A DNA stretch of 64,000 bases from the NCBI GenBank assembly GCA_965248195.1, contig CBDFIQ010000002.1, forward strand, positions 800,001 through 864,000, read 5' to 3'. Positions within the stretch are counted from its first letter, which is position 1, and each line of letters opens with the position of its first letter. The position numbers and the translations under genes were made by a program. Positions 50,517-62,175 of the stretch are shown here, in pieces. The notes under the pieces are model-generated. The model searched no databases and was not told the origin of the DNA. It was given only the letters and a program-made list of their open reading frames with translations. This stretch comes from Longimicrobiales bacterium. GTDB taxonomy: Bacteria > Gemmatimonadota > Gemmatimonadetes > Longimicrobiales > Gaopeijiaceae.

Positions 50517-51218
50517 ATGCCCAAACACGGCAAGAAATTCCGCGAGGCCCAGGCCAAGGTGCCGCCAGGCGTCCATTTCAAGCCCGATGAGGCGGTTCAG
50601 ATGGTCAAGGACCTCGCTTCGGCGAAGTTCGACGAGACGGTCGAAATGGCCACCTGCCTGAACGTCGATCCGCGCAAAGCCGATCAGATCGTAAGGGGCA
50701 CCGTCGTGCTGCCGCACGGCACCGGCAAAACGACACTTGTTTTGGTCATCGCCCAAGGCGAAAAGGAGACCGAGGCTTCGGAGGCCGGGGCGGACTTTGT
50801 GGGCACCGAATACCTGGAAAAAATCCAGGAGGGATGGCTGGACTTCGACGTGTGCGTGGCCACTCCCGACCTCATGGGAAAGGTTGGACCGCTGGGAAGA
50901 ATCCTCGGCCCTCGGGGCTTGATGCCGACGCCGAAGGGCGGGACCGTCACCTTCGATGTCGGTCGTGCCGTAAGAGAGATCAAGGCAGGAAAGATCGAAT
51001 ACCGAGTGGACAAGACCGGGAACGTACACGTGCCGCTGGGCCGCGTTTCTTTTTCTCCGGAACAGCTAGGCGAAAATCTGGGGGCGATCATGGATTCGAT
51101 CGTCCGGGCCAAGCCCTCTGCATCCAAAGGCACGTATGTGAAAAGTGTCACTCTTTCCAGCACGATGGGCCCCGGTGTTGCCATCGATCCGAACTTGTTT
51201 CGCCGGATCTCCGCATGA
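50517..51218 (+). CDS. rplA: 50S ribosomal protein L1
   Basis: [21 protein letters not shown]. Confidence 0.97.
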   Translation: MPKHGKKFREAQAKVPPGVHFKPDEAVQMVKDLASAKFDETVEMATCLNVDPRKADQIVRGTVVLPHGTGKTTLVLVIAQGEKETEASEAGADFVGTEYLEKIQEGWLDFDVCVATPDLMGKVGPLGRILGPRGLMPTPKGGTVTFDVGRAVREIKAGKIEYRVDKTGNVHVPLGRVSFSPEQLGENLGAIMDSIVRAKPSASKGTYVKSVTLSSTMGPGVAIDPNLFRRISA

Positions 51219-52015
51219 ACCGCGCTGAAAAGCAGACCTTCGTCGACGACTTTCGCGAAAAGGTTCGAGCAGCTCCGGTGCTTTACTTGACTGATTTTTC
51301 CGGGCTCGACGTGAAGTCCATGACTCTTCTCCGCCAGCGGCTCAAGGACTCCGGGACCGAGTATCTGGTGGTGAAGAATCGGCTGGTCAAGCTCGCTGTC
51401 GCTGACCTGGATCTACCGGACATCTCTGAGGCGTTGCTTGGCCCGACCGGTGTCGTGCTGGGTTACGAGGGGATTGTCGAGCCCGCGAAGGCGGTTAGCG
51501 ATTTTGCCAAGGAACACGACGATAAGCCGGTTTTCAAACTTGGCATTCTCGACAACCAGATCGTCGCCGCCGTCGAGATCCAGCGGCTTGCCAAGCTTCC
51601 GCCCCGCGAACAACTCCTCGCGGAGTTGGCTGGAGCGCTGGAAGCGCCGATGGCCGCTTTGGTGAGTGCCCTCGAGGGTAAGGTCCAGGAGATGTCGGGG
51701 CTCCTGGAGGCCTTGAGGGAACAGAAGGAAAGTGAAGGGCCGGAGCCGCCTAAGGCTGAGGCAGAGGCAGAGGCGCCCCAGGGTGAAGTTGAGGTGGAGG
51801 CCGAGGCTGAGGCCTCGCCTACCGACGCTGACGCCGAACCACCTGACGCTGAGAATGGTGAAGTTGAGGTGGAGGCCGAGGCTGAGGCCTCGCCTACCGA
51901 CGCTGACGCCGAACCACCTGACGCTGAGAATGGTGAAGTTGAGGTGGAGGCCGAGGCTGAGGCCTCGCCTACCGACGCTGACGCCGAACCACCTGACGCT
52001 GAGAATGAGAACTAG
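51215..52015 (+). CDS. rplJ: 50S ribosomal protein L10 with long acidic C-terminal extension
   Basis: [24 protein letters not shown] overlap with rplA. Confidence 0.93.
   Translation: MNRAEKQTFVDDFREKVRAAPVLYLTDFSGLDVKSMTLLRQRLKDSGTEYLVVKNRLVKLAVADLDLPDISEALLGPTGVVLGYEGIVEPAKAVSDFAKEHDDKPVFKLGILDNQIVAAVEIQRLAKLPPREQLLAELAGALEAPMAALVSALEGKVQEMSGLLEALREQKESEGPEPPKAEAEAEAPQGEVEVEAEAEASPTDADAEPPDAENGEVEVEAEAEASPTDADAEPPDAENGEVEVEAEAEASPTDADAEPPDAENEN
51782..52006 (+). repeat. Perfect in-frame 75-bp tandem repeat x3 ([25 protein letters not shown])
   Basis: Units start at 51782, 51857 and 51932. Confidence 0.95.
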
Positions 52016-52072
52016 GAATCCATAGTCCCACCCCGGCCCCAGGCTGGGTGAACCCAGGAGGAAGCCACCATT

Positions 52073-52450
52073 ATGGCTACCAACCAAGAAAAGCTTCTCG
52101 AAACCATCGGCGACATGACCGTTCTCGAACTCTCTGAGTTCGTAGACGCGTTCAAGGACAAGTTCAACGTGACGGCTGCGGCGCCGGTGGCGGTGGCCGG
52201 TGGCGCCGTCGCGCCTGGCGGCGAGACCGACGTAGAAAAGGACGAGTTCGACGTCGTTCTCGAGGGAATTGGCGACAAGAAGATCCAGGTGATCAAGGTG
52301 GTCCGAGAGGTCACGAGCCTGGGTCTCAAAGAGGCGAAGGATTTGGTCGATGGTGCTCCGAGCACGGTCAGGGAGGCCATCAGCAAGGACGAGGCCGAGC
52401 AGGTCAAGGCCAAGCTGGAGGAGCAGGGCGCGACGGTAGCCCTGAAATAA
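52073..52450 (+). CDS. rplL: 50S ribosomal protein L7/L12
   Basis: [19 protein letters not shown]. Confidence 0.97.
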   Translation: MATNQEKLLETIGDMTVLELSEFVDAFKDKFNVTAAAPVAVAGGAVAPGGETDVEKDEFDVVLEGIGDKKIQVIKVVREVTSLGLKEAKDLVDGAPSTVREAISKDEAEQVKAKLEEQGATVALK

Positions 52451-52656
52451 CCGGCCCGTCCCTGTGACTCTCACTCTCGGTTTGTCCGAGAGATCTCGTA
52501 TCGGACTCGCTGGATCGCGACGCCGCCGACAGGGGCTCACCCCGTGTGGGCCTGTGTTGGCGCCTTCGTATTTGACGGTGGTCCGTTCCCGTTGTCGTCC
52601 ACCACACGCTTGTTCGGCCTCCCCCTCGGGGCGTGGGCCGGAAAAGGGGAGCACCC

Positions 52657-55600
52657 TTGGATATTAGGAAAGATGCCCGTCCGGTAGTGAGCTTTGCCAA
52701 GCTCGAGTCGGTGATGCCGATGCCCAACCTTCTAGACGTCCAGCTCAGGTCTTTCGAGAAGCTCGTCGAGCAGGACGTCGACCCGAAGGAACAGTGGGAC
52801 TTTGGCCTGGATCGCGTTTTCGCGGAAATTTTTCCGATCTCCGACGTCAACGAGAACTTCACCCTGGAATACGTAGCGGCCGCCCTAGGGGAGCCGAAGT
52901 ACTCGGTCGAGGAGTGCATCGAACGTGACATGACCTATGCGGCGCCCCTGAAGGCGACTTTACGGTTGGTCGTGTGGGAGCGCCCCGAAGAGGAGGGCGA
53001 GGGGGAGAAGCGTCCGGGAGATATCATCGAGAAAGAGGTCTACCTCGGTGATCTGCCGCTTCTCACCGAGTTGGGCACGTTCATCATCAACGGTGCCGAG
53101 CGCGTCGTGGTGAGTCAATTGCATCGTTCTCCAGGCGTGGTTTTCGAGGAGAACATCCACCCGAACGGCTCCAAGCTTCACAGTGCCCGGATCATTCCCT
53201 TCAGGGGGTCGTGGGTCGAGTTCAGCATCGACATCAACAACATCTGCTACGTCCATATCGACAAGAAGAAGAAGTTCCCGGCAACGGCCCTCCTGAGGGC
53301 CTTCGGTTCCGGAACGGATGCGGACATCTATCAGCTCTTCTTCACGACGAAGACGGTCGATCCGATGGTCGCCGATAAGCAGGGCAACAAGGAGATCCTC
53401 GGAAACGTTCTGGCGGAAGAGATCGTGGACCGCGCGACGGGCGAGGTGTTGGTCGAGGAATCCACGGAGGTCGATGAGGACGTAGCCGAGCTCCTGGAAC
53501 GGGCTGGCCGGAAGAAGGTCAAGGTCTACACCAGCGGGCAGGAGACGGGACGAGACAGTCCGATCATCAAGAACACCTTGCGGAAGGATCCCACCGAAAG
53601 TGAAGAAGACGCGCTCTCCGCCATCTACTCGCTGCTGAGGCCAGGTGACGCGCCCAACATGGAGACCGCGAGGGCCGCGATCGAGCACGTGTTCTTCAAT
53701 CCGAAACGGTACGATCTCGGCCGCGTAGGCCGCTACAAGATCAACAAACGGCTGGGTTTGAAGGTTCCGGCGCATCAGGCGGTTCTTACCAAGGAAGACT
53801 TCATCGAGATCCTCCGCTACCTCATCGAGTTGAGCGAGGGGCGTGGCTCTACGGACGACATCGATCACCTCGGAAACCGCCGTGTCCGCACAGTGGGCGA
53901 ACTCATCGCCAACCAGTTCTCGGTCGGGTTGTCCCGGATGGCCCGTTTGGTCAAGGAGCGCATGTCCATCAACACGGACCCCGAGAGGATCAATATCGAC
54001 GACCTTGTGAACGCCCGCACGGTGTCCGCCGTCATCCAGGCTTTCTTTGGCTCGTCCCAGCTCAGCCAGTTCATGGACCAGACGAACCCGCTGGCCGAGA
54101 TGACGCACAAGCGACGTCTTTCCGCCCTGGGTCCCGGTGGGCTGACACGGGAACGTGCCGGGTTCGAGGTGAGGGACGTACACTACTCCCACTACGGGCG
54201 GATGTGTCCGATCGAGACGCCGGAGGGCCCGAACATCGGCCTCATCACGTCCCTCACGACGTACAGCCGAATCAACGAGCTCGGTTTCGTCGAGACGCCT
54301 TACCGGCGGGTGGTCAACAAGAAAGTCACGAGCAAGATCGATTGGCTTTCGGCTAACGAAGAGGAGGAGGTCCGGATCGCTCAGGCCAATGCTCCTTTGG
54401 ATGCCAAGGGGAACTTCGTCAACGAGCTCGTTTTGTGTCGGGAGCGGGGTGATTTCCCGCAGCTCAAGCCGGACGTCATCGACTACATGGACGTGGCGCC
54501 GGACCAGCTCGTATCGGTGGCTGCGGCGTTGATCCCATTTCTCGAACATGATGACGCCAACCGCGCGCTCATGGGCTCGAACATGCAGCGGCAGGCGGTA
54601 CCACTCCTGTTCCCCGATGCCCCGCTGGTGGGGACCGGCCTCGAGTTCAAGGTCGCCCGGGACTCGGGTGCCATCATCACGGCGCGCCGGGGTGGAAAGA
54701 TCGTCCGAGTGACGGCCGATGAGGTCGTCGTCGATACCGGACTGGTTACGGCCGGCGGGACCGAGCAACCCCTCGCGAAATTGGCTCAGTACGATCGTTA
54801 TCGGCTGAAGAAGTTCTGGCGGACCAATCAGGACACGGCGATCAACCAGAGGCCTTTGGTGTCCGACGGCCAGGAGATCAATCCGGGCGACATCATCGCG
54901 GATGGGCCTTCCACGGACAACGGTGAGCTCGCCCTTGGCCGAAACGTGCTTGTCGCGTTCATGCCGTGGTACGGCTACAACTACGAAGACGCGATCGTCA
55001 TCAGCGAAAAACTCGTGAAAGAGGACGTGTTCGCCTCCATCCATATTCAGGAGCTCGAGCTTCACGTGCGGGACACCAAGCGTGGTATGGAAGAGATCAC
55101 GCGTGAGATCCCGAACGTGGCGGAGGAGAGCCTGGTCGACCTGGACGAGCGTGGGATTGTGCGGGAGGGTGCTCGCCTTACGAGCGGTGACATCCTGGTC
55201 GGTAAGATCACGCCAAAAGGCGAGACCGAACTCTCCCCCGAGGAGAAGCTGCTCACGGCCATCTTCGGCGAGAAAGCCAAGGACGTGAAGGATTCCTCGT
55301 TGCGGGTCCCCCCCGGAATGAGCGGCACCGTCATCGACGTGAAGATCTTCTCGCGCCGCATCGACGATCCCCTTCTCGAGAAGGAGCACGGCGCACGCAT
55401 CGGAGAGCTCCGGAAACTGGAGCGCGACGAGATCCACCGTGTCACGGCGGCCAGGGACGAGGAGCTACGGGGAACTTTGCATCTCAATACGGTGGCGTTG
55501 GCCCTCAAGAAAGGGACGGTGGATCCCTTCCTCGATGAAGGCACGAAGCTCACTCAGGATTCGCTCGCCGATCTGGATTTCTCACAGCTCGATCTCGACA

Positions 55601-56862
55601 CGCTGAAGGTGAAGAGCAAGGACGCGAGCGTGAAAATCCGCAGGTTGGTGGATGAGGCCCAGCGGCGCATCGAACGCGTAAAGCGGAAGACCGAAGACCA
55701 GATCGACAAGGTGTTCCAGCCCGACGAGCTTCCCCCCGGTGTGGTCCAGCTTGCGAAAGTCTACATCGCCGAGAAACGGAAGATCTCCGTGGGCGACAAG
55801 ATGGCCGGCCGGCACGGGAACAAGGGAATCATCGCTCGGATCGCGCCCGAGGAGGACATGCCGTTCCTCCCGGATGGAACCCCCGTCGAAATCGTACTGA
55901 ATCCGCTGGGCGTGCCCTCTCGAATGAATGTGGGACAGGTTCTCGAGACCCATCTCGGGTGGGCGGGACGAGTACTGGGCTTCGAAGCGAAGACCCCGGT
56001 GTTCCACGGCGGCTCCGAAAACGAGGTCGGTCTTCTTCTCAAGCTGGCTGGCCTTCGTTGGGCGCATCAGTGCCTCGACATCAAAGCCGAGATGCCCCCA
56101 CTCGATGCGGATTCGACGACCCTGCTGATCGACCTGGCGCACGATCTGCCGCAGCGAGAGGTAAGGCCTGCTGGGAACGGAAGAGGGAACGGCAGTGACC
56201 CGCGGAGGGTGGGGATCGGACGTACGGTCGACGCCTACCTGGGGCTCGAGCTCTCGAAAGCCCAGGCGGCCTTTTTCGACAGCTTGAAGAATTATCTGGT
56301 CGAGGCGGGGAAGGAACTGGCCAAACGGCGGGAGATCCCCTTCGCCGAGGCTTTCCCTGCCATCGCTCATCTCTCGCGGAAGAGGAAGCTGCACGAGGGC
56401 TTGGACGCTGCTTCGCTGGAGATCATGGACGCAGCGAGAATCCTACCCAACGGCAAGGTCATGCTCCGTGACGGACGCAGTGGCCGTCAGTTCGACTTCC
56501 CCGTCACGGTGGGCGTCATCTATATGCTGAAGCTCAGTCATCTGGTGGACGACAAGATCCACGCTCGGAGCATCGGCCCCTACTCCCTGGTGACGCAGCA
56601 GCCCCTTGCCGGGAAGGCACAGTTCGGCGGTCAGCGCTTCGGGGAGATGGAGGTGTGGGCGCTGGAGGCGTACGGGGCCGCGCACACGCTACAGGAGATT
56701 CTCACGGTGAAGTCGGACGACGTCGTAGGCCGCTCGAAGGTATACGAGGCCATCGTGAAGGGAGACAACCTACCGCAACCCGGAATACCGGAGTCATTCA
56801 ACGTGCTTGTTAAAGAGCTTCAGGCGCTCGGCTTGAGCGTCACGCTCGGGCGGGAGGAATAG
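52657..56862 (+). CDS. rpoB: DNA-directed RNA polymerase subunit beta
   Basis: [33 protein letters not shown] start after SD GGGGAG. Confidence 0.99.
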   Translation: MDIRKDARPVVSFAKLESVMPMPNLLDVQLRSFEKLVEQDVDPKEQWDFGLDRVFAEIFPISDVNENFTLEYVAAALGEPKYSVEECIERDMTYAAPLKATLRLVVWERPEEEGEGEKRPGDIIEKEVYLGDLPLLTELGTFIINGAERVVVSQLHRSPGVVFEENIHPNGSKLHSARIIPFRGSWVEFSIDINNICYVHIDKKKKFPATALLRAFGSGTDADIYQLFFTTKTVDPMVADKQGNKEILGNVLAEEIVDRATGEVLVEESTEVDEDVAELLERAGRKKVKVYTSGQETGRDSPIIKNTLRKDPTESEEDALSAIYSLLRPGDAPNMETARAAIEHVFFNPKRYDLGRVGRYKINKRLGLKVPAHQAVLTKEDFIEILRYLIELSEGRGSTDDIDHLGNRRVRTVGELIANQFSVGLSRMARLVKERMSINTDPERINIDDLVNARTVSAVIQAFFGSSQLSQFMDQTNPLAEMTHKRRLSALGPGGLTRERAGFEVRDVHYSHYGRMCPIETPEGPNIGLITSLTTYSRINELGFVETPYRRVVNKKVTSKIDWLSANEEEEVRIAQANAPLDAKGNFVNELVLCRERGDFPQLKPDVIDYMDVAPDQLVSVAAALIPFLEHDDANRALMGSNMQRQAVPLLFPDAPLVGTGLEFKVARDSGAIITARRGGKIVRVTADEVVVDTGLVTAGGTEQPLAKLAQYDRYRLKKFWRTNQDTAINQRPLVSDGQEINPGDIIADGPSTDNGELALGRNVLVAFMPWYGYNYEDAIVISEKLVKEDVFASIHIQELELHVRDTKRGMEEITREIPNVAEESLVDLDERGIVREGARLTSGDILVGKITPKGETELSPEEKLLTAIFGEKAKDVKDSSLRVPPGMSGTVIDVKIFSRRIDDPLLEKEHGARIGELRKLERDEIHRVTAARDEELRGTLHLNTVALALKKGTVDPFLDEGTKLTQDSLADLDFSQLDLDTLKVKSKDASVKIRRLVDEAQRRIERVKRKTEDQIDKVFQPDELPPGVVQLAKVYIAEKRKISVGDKMAGRHGNKGIIARIAPEEDMPFLPDGTPVEIVLNPLGVPSRMNVGQVLETHLGWAGRVLGFEAKTPVFHGGSENEVGLLLKLAGLRWAHQCLDIKAEMPPLDADSTTLLIDLAHDLPQREVRPAGNGRGNGSDPRRVGIGRTVDAYLGLELSKAQAAFFDSLKNYLVEAGKELAKRREIPFAEAFPAIAHLSRKRKLHEGLDAASLEIMDAARILPNGKVMLRDGRSGRQFDFPVTVGVIYMLKLSHLVDDKIHARSIGPYSLVTQQPLAGKAQFGGQRFGEMEVWALEAYGAAHTLQEILTVKSDDVVGRSKVYEAIVKGDNLPQPGIPESFNVLVKELQALGLSVTLGREE

Positions 56863-56866
56863 ATCC

Positions 56867-59800
56867 ATGATTGATTTCCCGAGAACGAGAGAGCAAAGCC
56901 CCGCGGACTTCGATTTCATTCAGATCAAGATCGCCTCCCCGGAAGAGATCCGCTCGTGGTCCTTCGGCGAGGTGACGAAGCCCGAAACGATCAACTACCG
57001 CTCCTTCAAACCCGAGCGGGACGGGCTGTTCTGCGAGCGTATCTTCGGTCCGGTCAAGGATTGGGAGTGCCACTGCGGAAAGTTCAAGCGGATTCGGTTC
57101 CGCGGGCATGTCTGTGACCGCTGCGGCGTCGAGGTCACCCTGTCCAAGGTTCGCCGGGAGCGAATGGGCCACATCGAGCTGGCCGTGCCCGTCTGCCATA
57201 TCTGGTTCTTCAAGACGCTCCCCAGCCAGTTGGGATACCTGGTGGGTATGACGCTCCGGGATCTGGAGAAGGTCATCTATTATGCGTCCTACGTGGTGAC
57301 GCATCCGGGTAAGCAGGACCTGGAGTTCCTCGATCTGCTCGATGAGGATGAGTACTACGATCTCCGCGTGAAATCGCGCGAGGAGGGCGACGAGAGGTTC
57401 AAGGCCGAAATCGGCGCGGAAGCGGTTCGCACGCTCCTCAAAATGCTCGACAGCCCGGAGAGGCGGATCAACGACCGCAACTCGGATGGCAAAGGACTCG
57501 GCCGGCTGGCCAAGTGGTTGAGGATCGAGATCGCGACGGAGACCTCGCAGCACCGCAAGAAGAAGAAGCTCAAGAGACTGAAAGTCGTCGACGCGCTCCG
57601 GAACTCAGGCGGCACAAAGGATGAACGGAATAGTCCCGAGTGGATGATCATGGACGTGGTTCCCGTGATTCCGCCGGACCTCCGGCCTCTCGTGCCCCTC
57701 GATGGAGGTCGGTTCGCTACTTCCGACTTGAATGATCTCTACCGAAGGGTGATCAACCGGAACAACCGCCTCAAGAAGCTCATCGACATGCGCGCGCCGG
57801 AGGTCATCCTTCGGAACGAGAAGCGGATGCTCCAGGAGGCCGTAGACGCGTTGTTCGATAATGGGCGGCGGTCGAAGGCCATCCGCGGTCGTGGTAAGCG
57901 CCCACTCAAGTCGTTGTCCGACATGCTCAAAGGGAAGCAGGGGCGCTTTCGCCAGAATCTGCTCGGGAAGCGCGTCGACTACTCCGGCCGCTCAGTCATC
58001 GTGGTGGGTCCCGAGCTCAAGCTACACCAGTGTGGCCTTCCCAAGGCGATGGCCGTGGAGCTCTTCAAGCCCTTCATCATCCATGAGCTGGAGAAGCGGG
58101 GAGAGGCTGAGACCGTCAAGCGGGCGAAGAAGATCGTCGAACGGGACGATCCGAAGGTCTATGAGGTCCTCGAGGACATCATCAAGGATCACCCGGTTCT
58201 ACTGAACCGGGCACCCACGCTCCATCGTTTGGGAATTCAGGCCTTTGAGCCTGTCCTGGTGGAAGGGAAGGCGATCCGCATTCACCCGCTCGTTTGTGCG
58301 GCCTTCAACGCCGACTTCGACGGAGACCAGATGGCGGTCCACGTGCCGCTTTCGTTCGAGGCGCAGTTGGAGGCGCGGGTGCTGATGCTCTCGAGCAACA
58401 ATATTCTTCTCCCCTCCAACGGGCGGCCCGTCGCGGCTCCGTCGCAGGACATGGTGGTCGGTGGGTACTACCTGACCAAGCCTTCCCTGGAGATCTCCGA
58501 TCTCGAGGACGTGGCGTACAACAGCAAGGCGCCCAAGAACGAACGAGCCAGCGCTGAGGAGGCCTTGAACAAGGTTTACGACGGAGCGCCCCGCTTCTCG
58601 GCTTTCGGAGAGGTGGAGATGGGCATGGAAGACGGGCGCCTGGCTTTCGGAAGCCCGTGTTGGTACTGGGTTTCCGAGCACTCCGACGAGGACGGGGAGG
58701 TCGCTGGCAAGTGGCTGCGCAGTACCGCGGGTCGCGTGCTCTTCAACTCCATCATTCCCGAGGAGTTGGGGTTCCTCAATCGAACCTTCGGAAAGAAGGA
58801 GTTGGGCGACCTCATCTTCGATTGCTTCACGACGGTCGGGCTGTCCAGAACGACCGAATTCCTCGACCACCTCAAGGACTTCGGTTTCCGCTACGCGACG
58901 ATCGGCGGGGTCAGCGTGGGCATCGCGGACCTGGAGGTGCCGGGAGAGAAGTTGGAGATCATCCACGAAGCCAGCGAGCAGGTCACGCGGTTCCAAAAGG
59001 CCTACGCCAGCGGGTACATCTCCAACGGGGAGCGCTACAACAAGGTCATCGACACGTGGACCCACGCGAATAACGATGTGGCGGATGCGATGGTCAACCG
59101 TCTGGCCCGTTCTCAAGAAGGGTTCAACCCCGTCTACATGATGATGACGTCGGGTGCCCGAGGAAATCGCGACCAGATGCGGCAGCTCGCGGGAATGCGC
59201 GGATTGATGGCGAAGCCGCAAAAGAAGCTGACCGGGGGCATTGGAGAGATCATCGAGAGCCCGATCAAGTCGAATTTCCGTGAGGGCCTCAGTGTGGTCG
59301 AGTACTTCATCTCGACGCATGGGGCAAGAAAGGGTCTCGCCGACACGGCTCTCAAGACCGCCGACGCGGGCTACCTCACGCGGCGGTTGGTTGACGTGGC
59401 TCAGGACGTCACGATTATGGAGGACGACTGCGGGACCATCCTCGGTCTCGAGATGGTGGCGCTCAAAGAGGGCGAGGACATCATCGAGCCGCTTCCCGAC
59501 AGAATCGTGGGTAACGTTGCGCTCGAAGACGTCTACGATCCGATCGATGGGGAGCTACTGGTCGCGGCGGGGCAGCTCATCGAGGAAGACGCGGCCGAGG
59601 CGATCGAGGCCGCGGGCCTCCAAGTCGTCAAGATGCGGTCCGTCCTCACATGTGAGTCGAAGCGAGGACTTTGCCGGATGTGCTACGGTCGTAATCTGGC
59701 GACGATGCAGGTGGTCGATATCGGGGAGGCCGTGGGCATTCTGGCCGCTCAATCCATCGGTGAACCGGGTACGCAGCTGACGCTTCGGACCTTCCACATC

Positions 59801-61165
59801 GGAGGCACCGCAGCACGAATCGCGGCCCAGACGCAGCGCCGGTCGAAGATCGACGGCGTGGTGAGTCTGGACAGGGTGACCACGGTCAAGACGCCCGCCG
59901 ATGATCAGGTCGTTACGTCTCGCGAGGGCCAGATCGTTCTCAAGACGGCGGAAGGCTTGGTGCGTAGTCGCCTCAGTGTGCCGTATGGCGCCACTCTGGT
60001 GGTCGCAGAAGGGCAAACCATCGACCCCGGTGATGAGTTGTTCCATTGGGACCCCTACTCGGAGCCGATCGTGGCGGACGCAGGCGGCGTCCTGAAATTC
60101 GTCGATATCCTCGACGATCAGACGATGCGTGAGGAGTTGGACGAGTCTACGGGCCGTCGCCAGATGACGATCATTGAAGATTGGGACAAGAAGCTCCATC
60201 CGACGATTCAGATTCGGAAGAAGACCAAGAAGGCAGAGAAGCTTCGCGAGTTCATCATACCTGTGGGAGCCCAGCTCACCATTCACGACGGTGACGAGGT
60301 CGCCCCTGGTGACACGATCGCCAAGATCAGCCGGGAGGTTTACAAGACCCGGGACATCACGGGTGGGTTGCCTCGCGTGGCCGAGCTGTTCGAGGCTCGC
60401 CGGCCGAAGGATCCCGCGGTCATCACGGAGATCGACGGTGAAGTCAGCTTCGGCGACATCAAGCGGGGCAAGCGCGAGGTTCTGGTTACGCCTGACACGG
60501 GCGAGGAGGACGAGCGCGCCTACCCGGTGCCGGTCGTCAAACACATGCGGGTGCACGAAGGTGACCGCGTGCGTGCGGGTGATCGACTCTCGGAGGGACC
60601 GATCAATCCGCACGACATTCTGAAGATTCGGGGCCCGAGAGCCGTCCAGGAATATCTCCTCAACGAGATTCAGGAGGTTTATCGACTCCAAGGTGTGAAG
60701 ATCAACGACAAGCACATCGGCGTGATCGTGCGCCAGATGCTTCAGAAGGTGCGGATCACGGATCCTGGAGAGACGGTCCTTCTGGAGGGGGAAAACGTCG
60801 ACCGCGTGGAATTCCGAGAACTCAACCATAGAGCGATCCAGGGTACGCTGAAACCAGCCCGCTCCGAGCCGCTCCTCCTTGGAATCACGAAGGCCAGCCT
60901 GACGACCGAGTCGTTCATCTCGGCTGCGTCCTTCCAGGAGACCACGAGGGTGCTTACGGACGCGGCGGTGCGCGGGGCCAGGGACGACCTGAAGGGGCTC
61001 AAGGAGAACATCATCATCGGGCACCTGATTCCGGCTGGAACCGGAGTACACCGGTATCAGGGTGTGGAGTTCATGGTGGAGAAGTCGTTCTACGAAGAGG
61101 AGATCCTTCCGCTGGCCGACCCCGAAGAGCTGGTTGCGGGGCTGGAGGAAGCTGCTGCGGACTGA
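56867..61165 (+). CDS. rpoC: DNA-directed RNA polymerase subunit beta'
   Basis: NADFDGD, Zn-finger cysteines, [12 protein letters not shown]. Confidence 0.99.
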   Translation: MIDFPRTREQSPADFDFIQIKIASPEEIRSWSFGEVTKPETINYRSFKPERDGLFCERIFGPVKDWECHCGKFKRIRFRGHVCDRCGVEVTLSKVRRERMGHIELAVPVCHIWFFKTLPSQLGYLVGMTLRDLEKVIYYASYVVTHPGKQDLEFLDLLDEDEYYDLRVKSREEGDERFKAEIGAEAVRTLLKMLDSPERRINDRNSDGKGLGRLAKWLRIEIATETSQHRKKKKLKRLKVVDALRNSGGTKDERNSPEWMIMDVVPVIPPDLRPLVPLDGGRFATSDLNDLYRRVINRNNRLKKLIDMRAPEVILRNEKRMLQEAVDALFDNGRRSKAIRGRGKRPLKSLSDMLKGKQGRFRQNLLGKRVDYSGRSVIVVGPELKLHQCGLPKAMAVELFKPFIIHELEKRGEAETVKRAKKIVERDDPKVYEVLEDIIKDHPVLLNRAPTLHRLGIQAFEPVLVEGKAIRIHPLVCAAFNADFDGDQMAVHVPLSFEAQLEARVLMLSSNNILLPSNGRPVAAPSQDMVVGGYYLTKPSLEISDLEDVAYNSKAPKNERASAEEALNKVYDGAPRFSAFGEVEMGMEDGRLAFGSPCWYWVSEHSDEDGEVAGKWLRSTAGRVLFNSIIPEELGFLNRTFGKKELGDLIFDCFTTVGLSRTTEFLDHLKDFGFRYATIGGVSVGIADLEVPGEKLEIIHEASEQVTRFQKAYASGYISNGERYNKVIDTWTHANNDVADAMVNRLARSQEGFNPVYMMMTSGARGNRDQMRQLAGMRGLMAKPQKKLTGGIGEIIESPIKSNFREGLSVVEYFISTHGARKGLADTALKTADAGYLTRRLVDVAQDVTIMEDDCGTILGLEMVALKEGEDIIEPLPDRIVGNVALEDVYDPIDGELLVAAGQLIEEDAAEAIEAAGLQVVKMRSVLTCESKRGLCRMCYGRNLATMQVVDIGEAVGILAAQSIGEPGTQLTLRTFHIGGTAARIAAQTQRRSKIDGVVSLDRVTTVKTPADDQVVTSREGQIVLKTAEGLVRSRLSVPYGATLVVAEGQTIDPGDELFHWDPYSEPIVADAGGVLKFVDILDDQTMREELDESTGRRQMTIIEDWDKKLHPTIQIRKKTKKAEKLREFIIPVGAQLTIHDGDEVAPGDTIAKISREVYKTRDITGGLPRVAELFEARRPKDPAVITEIDGEVSFGDIKRGKREVLVTPDTGEEDERAYPVPVVKHMRVHEGDRVRAGDRLSEGPINPHDILKIRGPRAVQEYLLNEIQEVYRLQGVKINDKHIGVIVRQMLQKVRITDPGETVLLEGENVDRVEFRELNHRAIQGTLKPARSEPLLLGITKASLTTESFISAASFQETTRVLTDAAVRGARDDLKGLKENIIIGHLIPAGTGVHRYQGVEFMVEKSFYEEEILPLADPEELVAGLEEAAAD

Positions 61166-61173
61166 GTGGTGGT

Positions 61174-61425
61174 GAGCGGCGTCACGGTCCCTCCGCGCCG
61201 GCGCTCCGCTTTGCGTTCGCTCCACGGCTGCGCCGCGTACCGCGGCTTGCCGCGGATCGTCGCTGCGGGACCGTGACGACGCTCGCCTCAATCATGTTGG
61301 GGGGGAGGGCCTTGGCGCGAGGCTACCGCGAGGCTACTTGGGGGGGCGCGTAGCGGATCGGCGCTGCGCTCCTTGGCTTCGCCGTGGAGCGTCGCTGCGG
61401 GTGGGTGACGGGGCGCACCTCAATC
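61174..61425. repeat. Palindromic GC-rich intergenic element (REP/MITE-like)
   Basis: 18-bp IR at 61174-61191 and 61267-61284 (1 mismatch), plus a diverged second unit. Confidence 0.6.
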
Positions 61426-62175
61426 GTTGCGGTAAGGATAGGCATTTCGGCCCGCTCACTGCACCACGCGTGTAGGGGTCAACCTGTCGGTTGTGGTGCC
61501 GTCGCCGAGCCAGCCGAAAGAGTTGAGTCCCCAGCAGTAGGCGTCGCCCGCGGCCGTGACACCGCACGTGTGGTCGTTCCCCGCGCTCACCGAGGCGAAA
61601 CTCAGTCCGCCGGAGACGAGCGTGGGGGTCGATCTCTTGATCGTGGTGCCATCGCCGAGCTGGCCGTCAGAGTTGTCTCCCCAGCAGTAGGCGTCGCCCG
61701 CGGCCGTGACCCCGCACGTGTATTGGTCCCCCGCGCTGAGCGAGGCGAAGCTGAGTCCGCCGGAGACCAGCGTTGGGGTCGGTCGGTTGGTCTCGGTGCC
61801 GTCGCCGAGCTGGCCGTCACCGTTCCATCCCCAGCAGTAGGCGTCGCCCGCGGCCGTGACCCCGCATATGTGGTCGCCCCCCCCGCCGAGCGAGGCGAAG
61901 CTGAGGCCGCTGGAGACGAGCGCGGGGATCAGTCTCTGGGTCGTGGTGCCGTCGCCGAGCTGGCCGAAACTGTTGTCTCCCCAGCAGTAGGTGTCGCCCG
62001 CGGCCGTGACCCCGCACGTGTGAAACTTCCCCAGGCCGAGCGACGCGAAGCTGAGGCCGCCGGAGACGAGCGTGGGGGTCAGTCTCTGGGTCGTAGTGCC
62101 GTCGCCGAGCTGGCCGGCAAGATTGTCTCCCCAGCAGTAGGTGTCGCCCGTGGTCGTGACCCCGCAGGCGCGCAC

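Noticed and set aside
51782..52006. Possible CRISPR array
   Set aside because: The units are contiguous, have no spacers and are in frame within rplJ; no cas genes are present.
54040..54200. Rifampicin-resistance substitutions in RpoB
   Set aside because: The cluster I residues (SQLSQFMDQ...HKRRLS) look like the standard sensitive type.
52960..55437. 825-aa minus-strand ORF (also 59555-61291, 47571-48740 and similar)
   Set aside because: These are antisense shadows of rpoB, rpoC and tuf, expected from GC-rich codon bias, with no recognisable motifs.
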